Source: Welwitschia mirabilis
Lineage: Eukaryota
Assembly: GCA_051453625.1 (NCBI GenBank)
Contig: JBOZIK010000001.1
Span: 32,312,804-32,353,889 of the forward strand
Direction: 5' to 3'
DNA length: 41,086 nucleotides
How positions within the stretch are numbered: the stretch's first letter is position 1; each line of letters begins with the position of its first letter. This document shows, in pieces, positions 1 through 13,458 of the stretch. Position numbers and translations under genes: made by a program. The notes under the pieces are model-generated. The model was not told the origin of the DNA and did not search any database. It saw nothing but the letters and a program-made list of their open reading frames with translations.

Positions 1-99
1 TTAATAAGGTTTTTCATTGTCCTTTTTATTCTTATTGAGTTTTATTTTTATTTGGTGGAACTCATTTACCCCTCTTCTCTAAGTTAAAATCAATCTTTA
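1..99 (+). repeat. 3' end of the 5' LTR of the outer copia
   Basis: TTTATTCTTATTGAGTTTTATTTTTATTTGGTGGAACTCATT matches TTTATTCTTGTTGAGTTTAATTTTCATTTGGTGGAACTCATT at ~23998-24039; followed by the decayed PBS. Confidence 0.85.
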
Positions 100-201
100 A
101 GTGATATTAAAATGGATGCTTAGAAAAAAGGATAAATTTCTTAAGTTAACTATAAAAGGAATGTCATCTGTTAGACCTTCATTCTTCAATGGAATAAACT
201 A

Positions 202-401
202 TATTAGGAAACAATGCAAACATCCAAAATCAAGATCCCTTGATTTTCTCAACTTGCCTTAATTTTCTTTGATTCTTTATTTTTTTAATCTATTTATTAT
301 TTTCTTCTCTTCATAATTTGTATTTATTTAGGCTTGACCCTATAATCAGAATAACATGTTTAGTTATTTATTCTAAATTCATGAGTTCATTGATTCTCTC
401 A
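202..401 (+). repeat. 5' LTR of the inner copia
   Basis: Direct repeat of 5949-6147; about 30 mismatches in 200 bp by manual count, mostly transitions; ends TCTCTCA. Confidence 0.92.
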
Positions 402-403
402 TT

Positions 404-414
404 TGGTATCAGAG
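404..414 (+). promoter_or_regulatory. Primer-binding site (tRNA-iMet) of the inner copia
   Basis: TGGTATCAGAG 2 nt after the LTR terminal CA. Confidence 0.9.
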
Positions 415-448
415 TCAAGGTTATGTTGGTAAAGCTTCAATTATAAAG

Positions 449-3400
449 ATGATAGAAAATGCTAATTTAAGTGCCTTCAGCTCCTTAAATTTTCCTTTCT
501 TTAAAGGAGAAAATTTTGATTATTGGGTAGTCAAGATAAAGACATTCTTGAGGGCTCAAAATCTTTGGGATTTGATAACAACAATTCCTATAAGCATCAA
601 AAATGCAGCAGCTCTTATAGCATTAGAAAGAAAAAAATTTAAGAGCCTTACATATTCTTCAAATGATCATCTGTGATATATTATTTTTAAAGACCACTAA
701 TCATATTAATGTGAAAGAAGCTTAGGAAGATCTCAAGATCAAGTATAAAGGATTGGATGGAGTGAAGAAGATGAGATTACAAACTCTTACTAGAGAATAT
801 GAGAATCTCATTATGAACGAGTCTAAATCTATTGAGCACTATATCAATCATCTTTAAGAGATTGTGAATGCACTATGAGTTAGTAGAGAAGATACTAAAG
901 AATAAAATATTGTAAATAAGATGCTTTGAATATTGAAAGGCACTATGATCTTATCATCTATACGATAGAAGAAAGAAAAGATGAAGAGACCTTAACTATG
1001 GTTGAGCTCAGTGGTAGCTTCAAAACCTTTCAGTAAAGAAATCAGTTGCTTGAAGAATTTGCCACAAATGCATTTCAGATCTAGATGAATAATCAAAGAT
1101 TCTCATACTAAAAATGGCATTCAAATCAATCCATGAATCAAGCTCATGGTCATGGATATTAAGTTCATAANNNNNATAATCATGCTAAACAAAGCTATCA
1201 TTAACCAAGTAAAGATCAAGAAACTAATAAGTCTAGATCTAATGCAACTAGATCTAGAAGATGATGTAACTACTATAAGAAAGAAAATCATACTAAATCT
1301 ACTTGTTAGAAGAAGAAAAAGCTTCAAAATATAGAAGCAGTACATTATGTAGAATAAGAAGCATTAGCCTATAAATAACTCATTTTCATTAAAGAAAGTA
1401 AAGATCAGAGTTCTTTCCTAACCGCCAATAATCAAGAATATGCAAATTCAAGGATTGATTATCATGTAGATAGTGGTTGCTATCATCATATGACTAGAAA
1501 TTAATTCTTACTTTTAGATCTTTGTAACCATCATGACGAAGTCACTATTAGAAGGGTGCAAAGGTAATCATAACAAACATACATTCTATTAATTTTTCTA
1601 CAATATTAAGTAGCTCTTTTATAATCCTTGATATTTATCTAGTTCCTAATTTATAAAAGAATCTATTAAGTACTGTTAACCTTATTCTAAAGGTTATATA
1701 ATAGAATTTGAAAATAATTTATGTAAGATTACTGAAATCCATGGTAAAGAAATTGCCTTAATTCCCATGATTTAAAATAGGATGTATAAACTATAGATTT
1801 AAAAGGATGTTAATTTTTTGTTAACAGTAAATTCACATCCATGGCTTTAAAATCTCAGGCTTGGACATGTTAATTTTAAATCTATGGATATATTGCAAAA
1901 GACAAAACTTGTATAACTCATTTTTTACTTCCTAATTCAATAAATTATTAGGTCTATTTTATAATAAAAGAAAAAATATTACCATTTTCAAAATATGGAT
2001 GAAGATCTAAACATTATCTAGATCTAGTACATATGGATTTATGTGGTCCAATGTAAATAATGAGCTTTGAAAAGATGCAATATATGTTTTTTATTGTAGA
2101 TGGTTATTTAAGAATTGCTAGGTTTTTTCCTTTAGACAAAAGATCTAATATTAGATTTTCTTAAGATATTTAAAAATATGATAGAAATAAAAAAGGAATT
2201 CAAGTTCAAAAAAGTATAAGTGATCAAGTAAAGGAATTTACCTCATATGATTTTGAATAATTCTACAAAGATCATGGTATTATTCATTAGACTATTGTAG
2301 CCTATATACCTTAAAAAAATGATATAGCTAAAAGAAAAAATCAAATAATAATGGCTATAAAACATGTTACTACAATAATTTGAATTAAAGAAAGTAATCT
2401 AGAGTGAAACTTATGCCATTGTAATTTATATTTTAAGTCATGTACCTTCTAAAAATTTAAATGATACAACTCGTTTTGAATTATATATCAAATATCTCTC
2501 ATTTAAAGATTTTTAGTTGGCTTTATTATGTCAAAATTCCAAAACAACAATGACATAAGCTAGATGAAAAGAATGTGTATGTGTTTTTCTTGATTATAAG
2601 TTATACAACAAAGCATAATTTTATCTTGAACTAGAAAAGAATAAAATATTAACCTCAAGAGATGTTAGCTATATTGAATATGCTTAAATAATAATATTTT
2701 TAAATCAACCTTTTCTCCCTCTTCACATCTATCCTCTATTTCATTTCCTCTTTTTCATGACTCCATTTCTTTAAATAATTTGTTTTAATTTCAATCCTTT
2801 TTTCTCACCTCATACTTTCTATAATTTCCAACATTTACATTCGTCCATACCTAATACATCACACTCCTCTAATCAACCCCTTTCTCTAAGCTTACTTGTA
2901 GTACACAATTTTGACCTTCTTGCTTCTTACTCAATAAATCCTTTCCCTTTCCATCTCATTCCCCTATTAGTCTCTATGTCCTATCCAATGTCCTCTACTC
3001 TAATGTCTTCTTTGCTAATCTCTTCACACCATGGTAGGTTGTCGTCTACAAAATTCTATTCTCTCCCTGCTTATGGACACCTTGGAATCTATCATCCTTT
3101 CTTGTTCATATCAGACACTGACTTCTAGTAGTGTCTCACATTCTCTGGGCATGTCACTTGCAACCATATCTTGTATTTTTTTGTGATAGATGAAATTCCT
3201 GCACTACTAACATCAAATGCACCTCTTATAGTGGCATGCATGTTTCCTTCCATCAACCTGTTTCTATACCGCTCAATTACATTCTCCCCATGAACTTCCC
3301 TCATGCATTTAGACTTCCCTCATTTGTGACTTCACAATGCTCCTCTTTCATGGTGTAATGAAGTCATGCACCATTGGTACACACTAGTTCTTTATAGTGG

Positions 3401-5928
3401 AGTAGCAACTCTTCTCTACATCTACACTACCTTAATCTTGAGTAGTAGTAGCCCCTTCTTCTATGATCATGAAATAACCTCTTGCTATAAAGGTCAAGTG
3501 ATCTTCATTCACCATGGTCTAATGAATCCCTTCTATAATCATTATGTATCTCTATCTTTCTATCATTTCTCTGTTACTACATAGCTCTACCCCTTAGTCA
3601 GTACACAGGGCACCTTATCTATAGTAGTACATCTTTACAACTCATCTATTATGTAGCTTAGTTCTTTAGCTATTGTGGAGATCCACTCCTTCATAGTTTA
3701 TTTTTTCATTAAACAATGCTGTTCTTTTACATCCATGTAGTCTTGATCATGAGAAAAGATGCAGTGATATTCTCCTGTATTAGATTCTCTTCCTCGATCA
3801 ACCAAATTTAAAGATACAACATGAATGTTATTTAATCTTCGCTAACTCAGCCACCTCATATTGCACTCAATCAACCTACTCAGTGTATGTTGACTTAAAC
3901 TATTGACTGGATGCTGACTTAGTGTACATATGATGCACTTCATATGGCCCACCACTTATCCATTCATTTGATTGTTCTTCCAACCAATTAAATTTTATTA
4001 ATATATTCTACTCTTCTCCTCCTTCCTCTAAACCTCCATATTATAATGAGGAGTATTTCTACTCCTTTATTCCCCTTTACATGTATCCTTTATTAAAATT
4101 ATTTATAAAATAATTTTCCCCACCTTTTTTCCCCTTTTTTAAGAAGGATCATTCTTTGAATCCTTAACTTCTTCCATTCTTCTTAATAAAATAATTTTTT
4201 CCACCCTCCCACCTAACTTAACCCTTACCTTAACTTCCTCAAATCTAATACCTTCTTAATTAACCTCTTTTATGAGTAATACTTCTTTTATAGGATTTTT
4301 ATTGCTTTTTCTTTTTCTTTTTTTGGATTATTTTGAATCCCTCTACCATTATAATGATTTATATTACCTATCACTTGTTGCAATAGTAAGGGGAAAGATT
4401 ACCTTGCACCTTCCACTGCTGAATAAGCTCTATAATTTTAACACTAGCAGAATGCAATATATCATGAAATAGATTAAATAATTAAAAATAAAACTTGGAC
4501 TCTTATCTTACGACTGATGTATAAATCCATAATAGGCCTTAAATGGATATTTCATGCTAAACACAATTAGACTAGATTTATTAAAAAATATGAAGCCTTC
4601 CTTCTCACCAAAGGTTATAAGAAATGTCAAGGTCATGACTTTAAAGAAAGATTTACTCAATTTCATGACTTAAATTAATTAAAATCTTTTTAGCTATTAT
4701 AGTTAAACTCAATTCTTAAACTCTTCAAGTTGATGTAGCTTTAGCCTTTTTAAATGATCAGTTAGAAGAAGAAATATATGTTAAACAACCACAAGGTTTT
4801 ATAGATTAAATTTATCTAGATCATGTTTATTATCTACATAAATACCTATATGAACTTAAGTAGGCATAGAGATATTGGTTCAAATGAATCCATGAATTAT
4901 TTATAAATTTAGATTTTTAGCACCTACTTTCTAAATCCAACATCTACAGGAAAATAGAAAATGATGATTATACTTCTGTATGCCTATATGTTGATGATCT
5001 AATATAGTTCTCTTCTTCAACCTTCATGAATAAAACATTTCAAAAAATGATGGAAAAGGAGTTTGAAATGATTGATCTCTATAAAATAACCTATTCCCAT
5101 GAAGTTGAAATCAAGCATGATCCCTATTCTGTATATTTAAACTACCTAAAGTTTATCCATACTTTGCTTGAAAAGTTCAAAATAAAAAGTTGTAAACTAG
5201 GTTTTTACTCCATTTTCTACCAATATAAAACTTAAAAAAGAAGATGATTCACCTATGTTGAAGCTACTCTATGCCATTCACTCATTGGAATCTTGTTATA
5301 TCTTAGAACTACAAGACTAGATATCTAATTTAGTGTAAATTATCTTTTTAAATTTATGTCAAATTCCAAACTCTCACATCTAAAGGCTACTAAGCATGTT
5401 CTTAGATATTTAAATAATTCTAAATATTTAGGTTTTAGATATCATTAAAATAATAATAACTTAGTACTTCATGGATTTTCAAATGCTGATTAAAAATCTT
5501 GTCTTGATGATTAGAAGTCTATCATAGGTTATTGTTTCTTTTTTTACCATTCACTTATCTCTTGGTCCTCCAAGAAACAGAATACAGTAGTAGTATCATC
5601 TACAGAAGTAGAATATATTGCTCTCTCTGAAGCTATAAAACAAGATATCTAGATCCATTCACTACTCTTAGTAACGGAAATTTTTAATAAATCTTTAATA
5701 TAGATGTTTTGTAATAATACTATAGCTATTGCAATCATGAAAAATCCATTATTTCATATAGAGACTAAGAACATAGATATTAAGCATCACTTTATTAGAA
5801 TTCTTATTGATAAGAACTTTATCAAAATTGATCATGAGAAATCTAGTTTTAAGATAGTAAATATATTTATCAAACCTCTTACTCCTAAAGAGTTTATTGG
5901 ATTTAGAAACTTCCTTTGTCTTAAATAA
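449..5928 (+). pseudogene. gag-pol polyprotein of the inner copia (numerous stops and frameshifts)
   Basis: FKGENFDYWVVKIKTFLRAQNLWD (gag); CNYYKKENHTKSTC knuckle (~1265-1306); VDSGCYHHMT protease (~1466-1495); RLGHVN and LVHMDLCGPM integrase (~1857-2053); NKTWTL, GLKWIF and LYVDDL RT (4487-5001); SWSSKKQ and IDIKHHFIR RNase H (5560-5800). Confidence 0.93.
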
Positions 5929-5948
5929 GTTGACATCAAGGGGGTAAA

Positions 5949-6147
5949 TGTTAGAAAATAATGCGAGCATCTAAAATCAAGATCCCTTAATTTCTCAGCT
6001 TTCCTTAATTTTCTTTGATTCTTTATTAATTTCCTCTATTTACTATTTTCTTCTCTTCTCAATTTGTATTTATTTAGACTTGACCTTATAGTCAAAATAA
6101 CATGTTCAACTATTTGTCCTAAATTTTTAAGTTCATTACTTCTCTCA
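5949..6147 (+). repeat. 3' LTR of the inner copia
   Basis: TG...CA termini, preceded by the PPT, followed by TSD CTATA. Confidence 0.92.
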
Positions 6148-8089
6148 CTATACCTATTGGAGGAGAAGCACACAGGTGTGCTTATGATCTTTCAAGTTTT
6201 AGATATGGTAGAGCATTAAATAATGTTACACAAATCCTATGGAGATCATTATAAATGTTGCAAGAAATACCACTACTCAAATCAAGAAAAGAAAAGATTA
6301 GACAAATGAAGAAAAAGGTGCATTTATGTATGACTCTAAAGCTAAAAATTATCTTTATTACAAGATGGCATAAGAAATTTGAAATGTTCTAACATGAATA
6401 TATGAAGGTACTTACATTGTAAAATAATCTAAGCTTCTAATTTGAACAAACCAATTTGAAAATTTAAAGATAAACCAAGAAGAAAGAGCTCATGAGTACT
6501 TTACCAGAGTTACAAATATTGTGAATGCAATACATGGCACTAAAGAGGATCTTGCACATCCATGGAAGAATTTAGAGATTTAAAGACCATGAAGATATAA
6601 GAACTATAGAGTGCCCTTAGAGATTATGAAATGAACCTCATATAAGATGGAGCCTTGAATGAAAATCCTATTGTACTTAAGACAAGCCATAATGCAAATC
6701 AGAGATCTAAAGGAAAGATAAAAGAAGATCATGAAGAAGATGATTCTGATAATGAATATAATGAACTGGCATTCAACACATAAAGATTACACATAAAGAT
6801 TAAAAATACTACTTTCACACAACTATAACAAAAGAGATGAGCTTAAATGATCATCTACATTTTAAGCAAAAGGTAAGAGTAAAGTTAAATCATCTAATAA
6901 TTCTTCTTTATTAAATGTTTCCAAAGTAGAATGTTAAGTATATGGAGGAATAGGACATATTACCTTGAAATGCCCTAGTGCTAATATATTCTTGGAAGAT
7001 GAACAAAATAAGGAGCCCAAAAAGAAAAGATCATTCTTTGTTGACTGGGCTGAAGACAATGAGGCTTTATAAAAAGAAGCATCGGATAATAAGAAAATAC
7101 TTCATCCTACATGGTTATAGCTCATACTTAATATGAAGACCATGATTCAGAAGATGGGTATAATCTAGATATTGAGGATGATACCAATATGATTATTTAA
7201 GAAAAATATGATTTAATTTATGAAGAGTTTATTAATTTGTAAAAATTATGTGTAAAGATAAAAAGGTTGCTTAATATTCATGAAAAGGCATGTGAACAAG
7301 AAAAGAATACTTGCAGTAAACTATCAACTAAAAACTTAGCCCTTAAAGCTAAGATTAATAGACTAACATGTGATTTGGAAAATGTAAGATAAAAACTTTT
7401 AAATTTGAAGAAAATCACTGTAGATTTTACACATAGTAAGGAAGCCTTGAATACCATGCTCAAAAAAAGTAGGAATCCAAATTACATGAGTGGATTGGAA
7501 TACAATGAGGTAACAACTACCACTTTAGCTTCTCTATTCAAAAGGTGGAATTACAAATTAAGGTATGAGCACTTGTCATCTACAAATAATAACTTTACTA
7601 TTATTATCATTGTAGAGTTTTTTATCAGTATAGATGTTTAATAAAATTTAAAAACAAGTAGTATAATAACAATGTCAAAAGGTAAGGTGAATTTGTTATA
7701 TAAGATAAGTTAAGGAGAATTTGGGTTCCTAAAGCTAAATCAGATCTTAGAAAATAGAAGAAGACTTATCACATATGTACTCAATCAAGGCATAATAATT
7801 ATGTCATAATCTAATGCAACAATAATCAAGTTTTTAATAATACTAAAAAAACTCAAGGCACTGAAGGATACATTAATTCATGTAATAATTTGAATATTAA
7901 GCCTTTCCCAATTAGGTAGGTAAAGTAGGTAACATCTCAACTTCATTGCATTTATCTTATGAGTTAATATTATGATTAGATGTAGTTGTATAGTTAAAAA
8001 TTAACTAATGTGTGTAATTTTTAGTTTCTTAAAGAGTTATTCTCATAATTACAATAGTTGTCATTTCTTTTAAAAATCTACAAATTTTG

Positions 8090-8540
8090 ATGCAGATGTC
8101 TTTAAGTTTGTAGATGTCTCTGTTGAAGATCTCTTAAAATTTGAAAACGTTTTGAGATTAAATGTCTTAATTTTTATAGATGTCTTAAAAGGATAGGAAT
8201 ATTATTTTAACTTTTTCAATTAGACACCTTAGTTTTTATAAATGTTTTAGCAATAAGAAAATGTACAAGAAATGTTTTAACAATAGATGTCTTAAAGTTT
8301 GTAAATATCTACTTTCTATTTTTAATACATCTTAAAATTTGTAGATGTTTTGACTATACTATTGTGAAAATAAAAATGTGCAAAAAGCTAGGATTTCAAT
8401 TCTTTTTAATAGCCAAAGAGACCACCAAATCTCATTTTTAAGTATCTAATAAATACATGTTTCTCTTAGGTGATTTTCTAGACTTCCTTTTTCTTAGATT
8501 TCTCTAGCTAGGCATCTTGAAATTTTGAGACATCTCAATA
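8090..8540. repeat. Dispersed array of decayed palindromic AGACGTCT motifs upstream of the env-like ORF
   Basis: Repeated AGATGTCTT / GACATCT / ACATCTT at ~8095, 8112, 8160, 8178, 8285, 8327, 8343, 8513, 8528; the same motif occurs in the 3' LTR. Confidence 0.6.
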
Positions 8541-10983
8541 GTGAGTAAAAATAGAGTTTTTTTCTTGAATAGGTTCATATTTTTTCATAGTTTCTTGTAT
8601 TTTGATTGATCTTTTATTAATTTTTAATTATATTTTATAAAAATAGCAAGAAGAAAGGTAGTAGGAACTTTTAGAGGTAAAGAACAATCCATAGAATGAA
8701 CCAAATCATAGTGTGAACCTCAAGTTTATCATGAGCTAATCAAGAAACTCCATTATTGTAAAGAAAAATATTGGTCTTTAGATTAGGCACAGGGAGCAAG
8801 TAATAAGATACTTTATTTGGCTTGGTTAGAAAATGATAATTTAGCTTGCACAACCTATTTTTAGTCTAGTGGTGAGAAACTTTTATGCAAACATACATGA
8901 AATTGATGACAACATTAGTGCATTTCATACTCAGATTAGAAGCACTAATTTGTACATTGTTTTAATTTTTATCAATTCATTACTGGGCATGGATGATACC
9001 AATACTTCACAATTTTTTAGTAATTTATTTAGAGAAATATTTAGTTCTATAATTGTTAATGTATCTCAATGTTGGATGAGCAATGTTTTATTTGGACACA
9101 ANNNNNNNNNNNNNNNNNNNNNNNNNNNNNNNNNNNNNNNNNNNNNNNNNNNNNNNNNNNNNNNNNNNNNNNNNNNNNNNNNNNNNNNNNNNNNNNNNNN
9201 NNNNNNNNNNNNNNNNNNNNNNNNNNNNNNNNNNNNNNNNNNNNNNNNNNNNNNNNNNNNNNNNNNNNNNNNNNNNNNNNNNNNNNNNNNNNNNNNNNNN
9301 NNNNNNNNNNNNNNNNNNNNNNNNNNNNNNNNNNNNNNNNNNNNNNNNNNNNNNNNNNNNNNNNNNNNNNNNNNNNNNNNNNNNNNNNNNNNNNNNNNNN
9401 NNNNNNNNNNNNNNNNNNNNNNNNNNNNNNNNNNNNNNNNNNNNNNNNNNNNNNNNNNNNNNNNNNNNNNNNNNNNNNNNNNNNNNNNNNNNNNNNNNNN
9501 NNNNNNNNNNNNNNNNNNNNNNNNNNNNNNNNNNNNNNNNNNNNNNNNNNNNNNNNNNNNNNNNNNNNNNNNNNNNNNNNNNNNNNNNNNNNNNNNNNNN
9601 NNNNNNNNNNNNNNNNNNNNNNNNNNNNNNNNNNNNNNNNNNNNNNNNNNNNNNNNNNNNNNNNNNNNNNNNNNNNNNNNNNNNNNNNNNNNNNNNNNNN
9701 NNNNNNNNNNNNNNNNNNNNNNNNNNNNNNNNNNNNNNNNNNNNNNNNNNNNNNNNNNNNNNNNNNNNNNNNNNNNNNNNNNNNNNNNNNNNNNNNNNNN
9801 NNNNNNNNNNNCAATAAAATAAATTTTGTTAAGGACATTCAGAGAAAGTATATGATGCATGATGCCTCTTTTCTTAGTTTGGTAACATTTTAAAATATTC
9901 TAATTACTGGAGGTAGTTATAATTATTACAAACCCATGTAGACCTTCATTATTTATTACTTAATCATAGGTTTTCAAATAGATTTGGGTTTTATGTTATA
10001 TATGGATATCATCTCTTTATTTTATAAGGGATAAACTTTAGGCCATTCATTTCTTATCATCTTAATCATCAGTAATGTAGATATCTTAGTGCCATAGGTT
10101 AACCTCATCTATCAAAAGAAACCATTGGCAGAATTTAGTGAGAAATAAAGAGAACCTATGATATGAGATAAGGGAACAAGTAGAAGGACACCATAGTTGT
10201 AGAGATCAATTTTCACTATTACTCATAGCTCTTTCACCATGAAAAAGGGACTAAAGATAATTGCAAAAATGGTAGAAATTATTAAAAAAAACTTTCTAAG
10301 TTTGAAGAAACATGGATCTATAGTAAGTAAAAAAAAAATGCACTACTAAAGAGTTGGCAATCCATGAGGCACATGATCAAAAATAGAAGAGGAGATAGAT
10401 GTAGAGGAAGAAGCAAGATCATTAGCTCCATTTAGCATAGGATATGACTTAGGTAGGTTAATAAATATTGAGTCTTTAGAGGAGTCTTTTGGAGATGAGG
10501 TATAGGCTTGAGGGGAAGTATTAGAATCTTATAAAGACATATGTGCAACGGGAGTCATAGGTTCTAAGTTCTTTTAGTAGAGGCCAGTAGCATAGGAGAT
10601 AGATTCTAAGAGCTCAAATGCTCCACCTCTGATATTTTGTTATACTCATCATAAGATTCTATTCTACTATCCTACATAGCTAACATTATCACTTTGACTC
10701 TTTTCACCATCATGTAAACCTTTTTTACCTCTAGTTTATCCACCATTACAACTCTATCTCATTTGTTTAACTTTCACACAGCTTTGCAGAGACCACCAGA
10801 TCAGTTTCTTTAGGATCTCTATCACTTCTCAAATGTATTAGCATATTAAAAAATAAGTCTTTTAGGGCTTTGGTAAAACATCACAACATCCCTCTAGGAA
10901 GAGGCACATACCACCTTTTACCTCATCATCATCATACATACAACCCACCTCTACATGATAGCGACGAGGATGATGAAGAAGAT

Positions 10984-13458
10984 TGTTGCAGTGTGTAATT
11001 TTTTAATCCTTTATGTCTTACTAAATCTTGTCAATCACAAATAGATATACTACAAAATACAACACTCTAGTATAAATGGAAGTGATTCAAATGTTATAAA
11101 CCCATTAAAGACATGTGAAAGAAGTAGGAAAAATTATTTTCAAGGAGAATGTATTTGAAACTTTCGAATATTGTAGGGAAATAAATATGCAATGCAATGT
11201 AAATGCACTCTATTCTAGATAAAACTATTCAATTATCAAACTAACTTATTAGGCAGATTGGTCCTATATAACCTAAATCAACCAGAGAGACTGTTACTAA
11301 TTGAGACTAACTTAGGCTATCAAGTAAGTTGAATAGTACAATATAAAATACTTCTAAACTACTATTGTCAACCTTAACAAATGTTTCTCTTAAGACCTAT
11401 ATCATTAATGAAGCTATCACTAAATCAATTATAACATAAACCATAAAGGATATTAAATAGTATTAAAAAGAAATAGAGTTTTGTATTAAGAGTTGAACTA
11501 GCATCTAAGTTAGAAAATATCCATGCCTCAATAGAGTATGCACAGCCCTTTACCAAGGAAACATTTTTCTACAACTCACAAGATAGATCTCCCACACTTC
11601 GATCTTCTATCATAAGAATTTCAAGTGCATCAAAGATGATACAAGGATTATAGGGAGGATTCATTTACATAATACTAATGTGCTACCAAATTGTATGTAT
11701 TTAATGGAGCATTATGAGCTATTTTTTAGGACATTTATATAGGTTTAGATGCAATTTAAAGAATTATGAATAATTGATGGAAGATCTTAGAAATATTCAA
11801 TTATTAACATGATTAAAGGCATTTGAAGAATATTATGATATATTATGACTTAGAGGAAGATCACTAATAAAAAAGGCTAGCTTCTCTTAATTTTGAAAAA
11901 TAAAGAAGACTATCATTCCCCTTATCATCTCCATAATCAAGTAGGACAACAACACTGTACAAGCCACATAAGAATGCAGATGTGAACTAGAGGTAGTACT
12001 GCTCAGTCAACTTTCATAAAGAAGTGTTATTTCCATGGTTGTTCCCATGACATGGAGAATGATGAATGTAATGTTTGAGCCATAATCCCCTTGATTGTCA
12101 TTATGATAGATAAGATAACATTTATAACTACTAGCTAATCTTTATCCATTTCATCTATTTCTTTTTTTGGAATTAAGTGTGTTTTATAGCACACTTTGTG
12201 TAATAGTTTTGTTTCATAGCCCTATAAATAAGACCCTTCTTTAACTCTCCTATCCATCTTCATTTGTATTAGACATTCATATGGCAGAAGATCAAAGGGC
12301 TAGATATTCATTTCATAAGTTACAAAAAGATGTTTCCTTGGTGAATGGTTGCGCTTCCTCCATTGAGGATTAGTTGTTTTATAATCCATATGCTAGTTCT
12401 ATTTTAATATAAAAATTTTTGTTTATTCATTCAATTTTGTTATATTTTCCTTATAGTTTATGTTGTCCTTAATCTAGTGATGTTTCATTAAAAATATAAG
12501 TCTTAAGGATAGCATCTGTTAAGGTTGAATAAAGTAGTTTTAGATTCATTTTACATTAATTTATTTGACTCTCCTGATAGCTTAAGTTAGCCTTAACTAG
12601 TGATAGTATCCTTGACTAATTTAGATTATACAAGGTCAATCTTATTGACACATCGATTTGCTACTTAGATAGGCATTTGTTTAGGTTTAGTCACACTTGC
12701 ATTGCATTGCATCTTTAATTTATTACATTATTTATAAGTTTGAGTACATTCCCTCTAAAAATTAGTTCTTATTCTTCTTTCATAGGTCTTCGATGAGTTA
12801 TGACATTTGGGTCACTCCCATTTATACTGAAGTGTATATTTTATAATATATACATATTTGTGATTATCAAGATTCACTAAGGGAAAAAGGATTGCAAAAA
12901 TATGCATTGTAATGAACATAAAAGGTGAAACCCTTACTCAAAATGCACTAAAAAATGTGCTTTAATCCAAAAAATAAATAGATTAAATGTATGAAATCCG
13001 GCTGGTTGTTTTAGGTATCATCCTCACTATCGTGGGGATGAAAAAGGGGATGATGGTACATGTATTATGATTTTCTATCGTTCATGTCATGGAGACAAAC
13101 ATAGGGACAACACCTTTAGAAAATATGTTTTCATTGGTTTTAGCTCCATTTCACATCAACATCTGATTTGACTTGTGCAGGCTATCGTCCTGGCTATCAT
13201 AGGGATGGTAGGGGGGACAACAGTCCTTTTTATCTCTTTAAATTAAGGGAAGCTAGCCTCTAGTATTATTGATCTTCCTTCAAAGTATTAAACATCAAAA
13301 TAGGCCTAAAAATGCCTTTAAACATGTTAAGAATTATATGTTTTTATGATCATTCATCAACTTCCCATGATCCTTAGAATTGCATTTAAAGCTATATAAA
13401 CATCCTACAAAATAGCTCATAACACCCCATAAAATACATACGATTTGACAGCATGTCA
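10984..13458 (-). repeat. 3' LTR of the Athila-like element, split by an inverted solo LTR
   Basis: 11036-11675 aligns to 21220-21867 and 12915-13458 to 21863-22393; purine tract AAGGCTAAGTAGGAAG on the minus strand adjoining 13458. Confidence 0.88.
11676..12914 (+). mobile_element. Solo LTR of the same Athila-like family, inserted in opposite orientation
   Basis: Begins TAATGTGCTACCAAATTGTATG (matches the reverse complement of 22393-22372); ends TATGCATTGTAATG (decayed TACACACTGCAACA); TSD AATAC/AACAT, each one C>T from AACAC at the empty site (21863-21867). Confidence 0.88.

Larger units (their letters stand above)
202..6147 (+). mobile_element. Inner full-length Ty1/copia LTR retrotransposon, decayed, ~200-bp LTRs
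   Basis: LTR pair 202-401 and 5949-6147; PBS TGGTATCAGAG 404-414; PPT AAGGGGG 5938-5944; TSD CTATA at 199-203 and 6148-6152 (the 5' LTR has lost ~2 nt); domain order gag-PR-INT-RT-RH. Confidence 0.93.
161..7735 (+). pseudogene. gag of the outer Sirevirus-like copia (split by the inner copia at 203/6148; many stops)
   Basis: Removing the insertion restores MSSVRPSFFNGINYTYWRR (copia gag N-terminal motif). Then DSKAKNYLY, A*EI*NVLT*IYEGT, NQFENLKI, a decayed zinc knuckle EC*VYGGIGHITLKCP (~6929-6976), a coiled-coil-like stretch and WVPK (~7722). Confidence 0.75.

Noticed and set aside
3366-4472. Short ORFs 3366-3584 and 4272-4472 (likewise 14484, 21498, 21698, 23374, 27599, 31244, 38571, 39191) as genes
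   Set aside because: Short, compositionally biased, mostly inside TEs/LTRs or antisense to fossils, and without recognisable motifs
9056-9893. Long 244-317 aa ORFs (also 20561-21349)
   Set aside because: Artefacts of translating N runs; only the VVRNFYAN segment before the gap is meaningful
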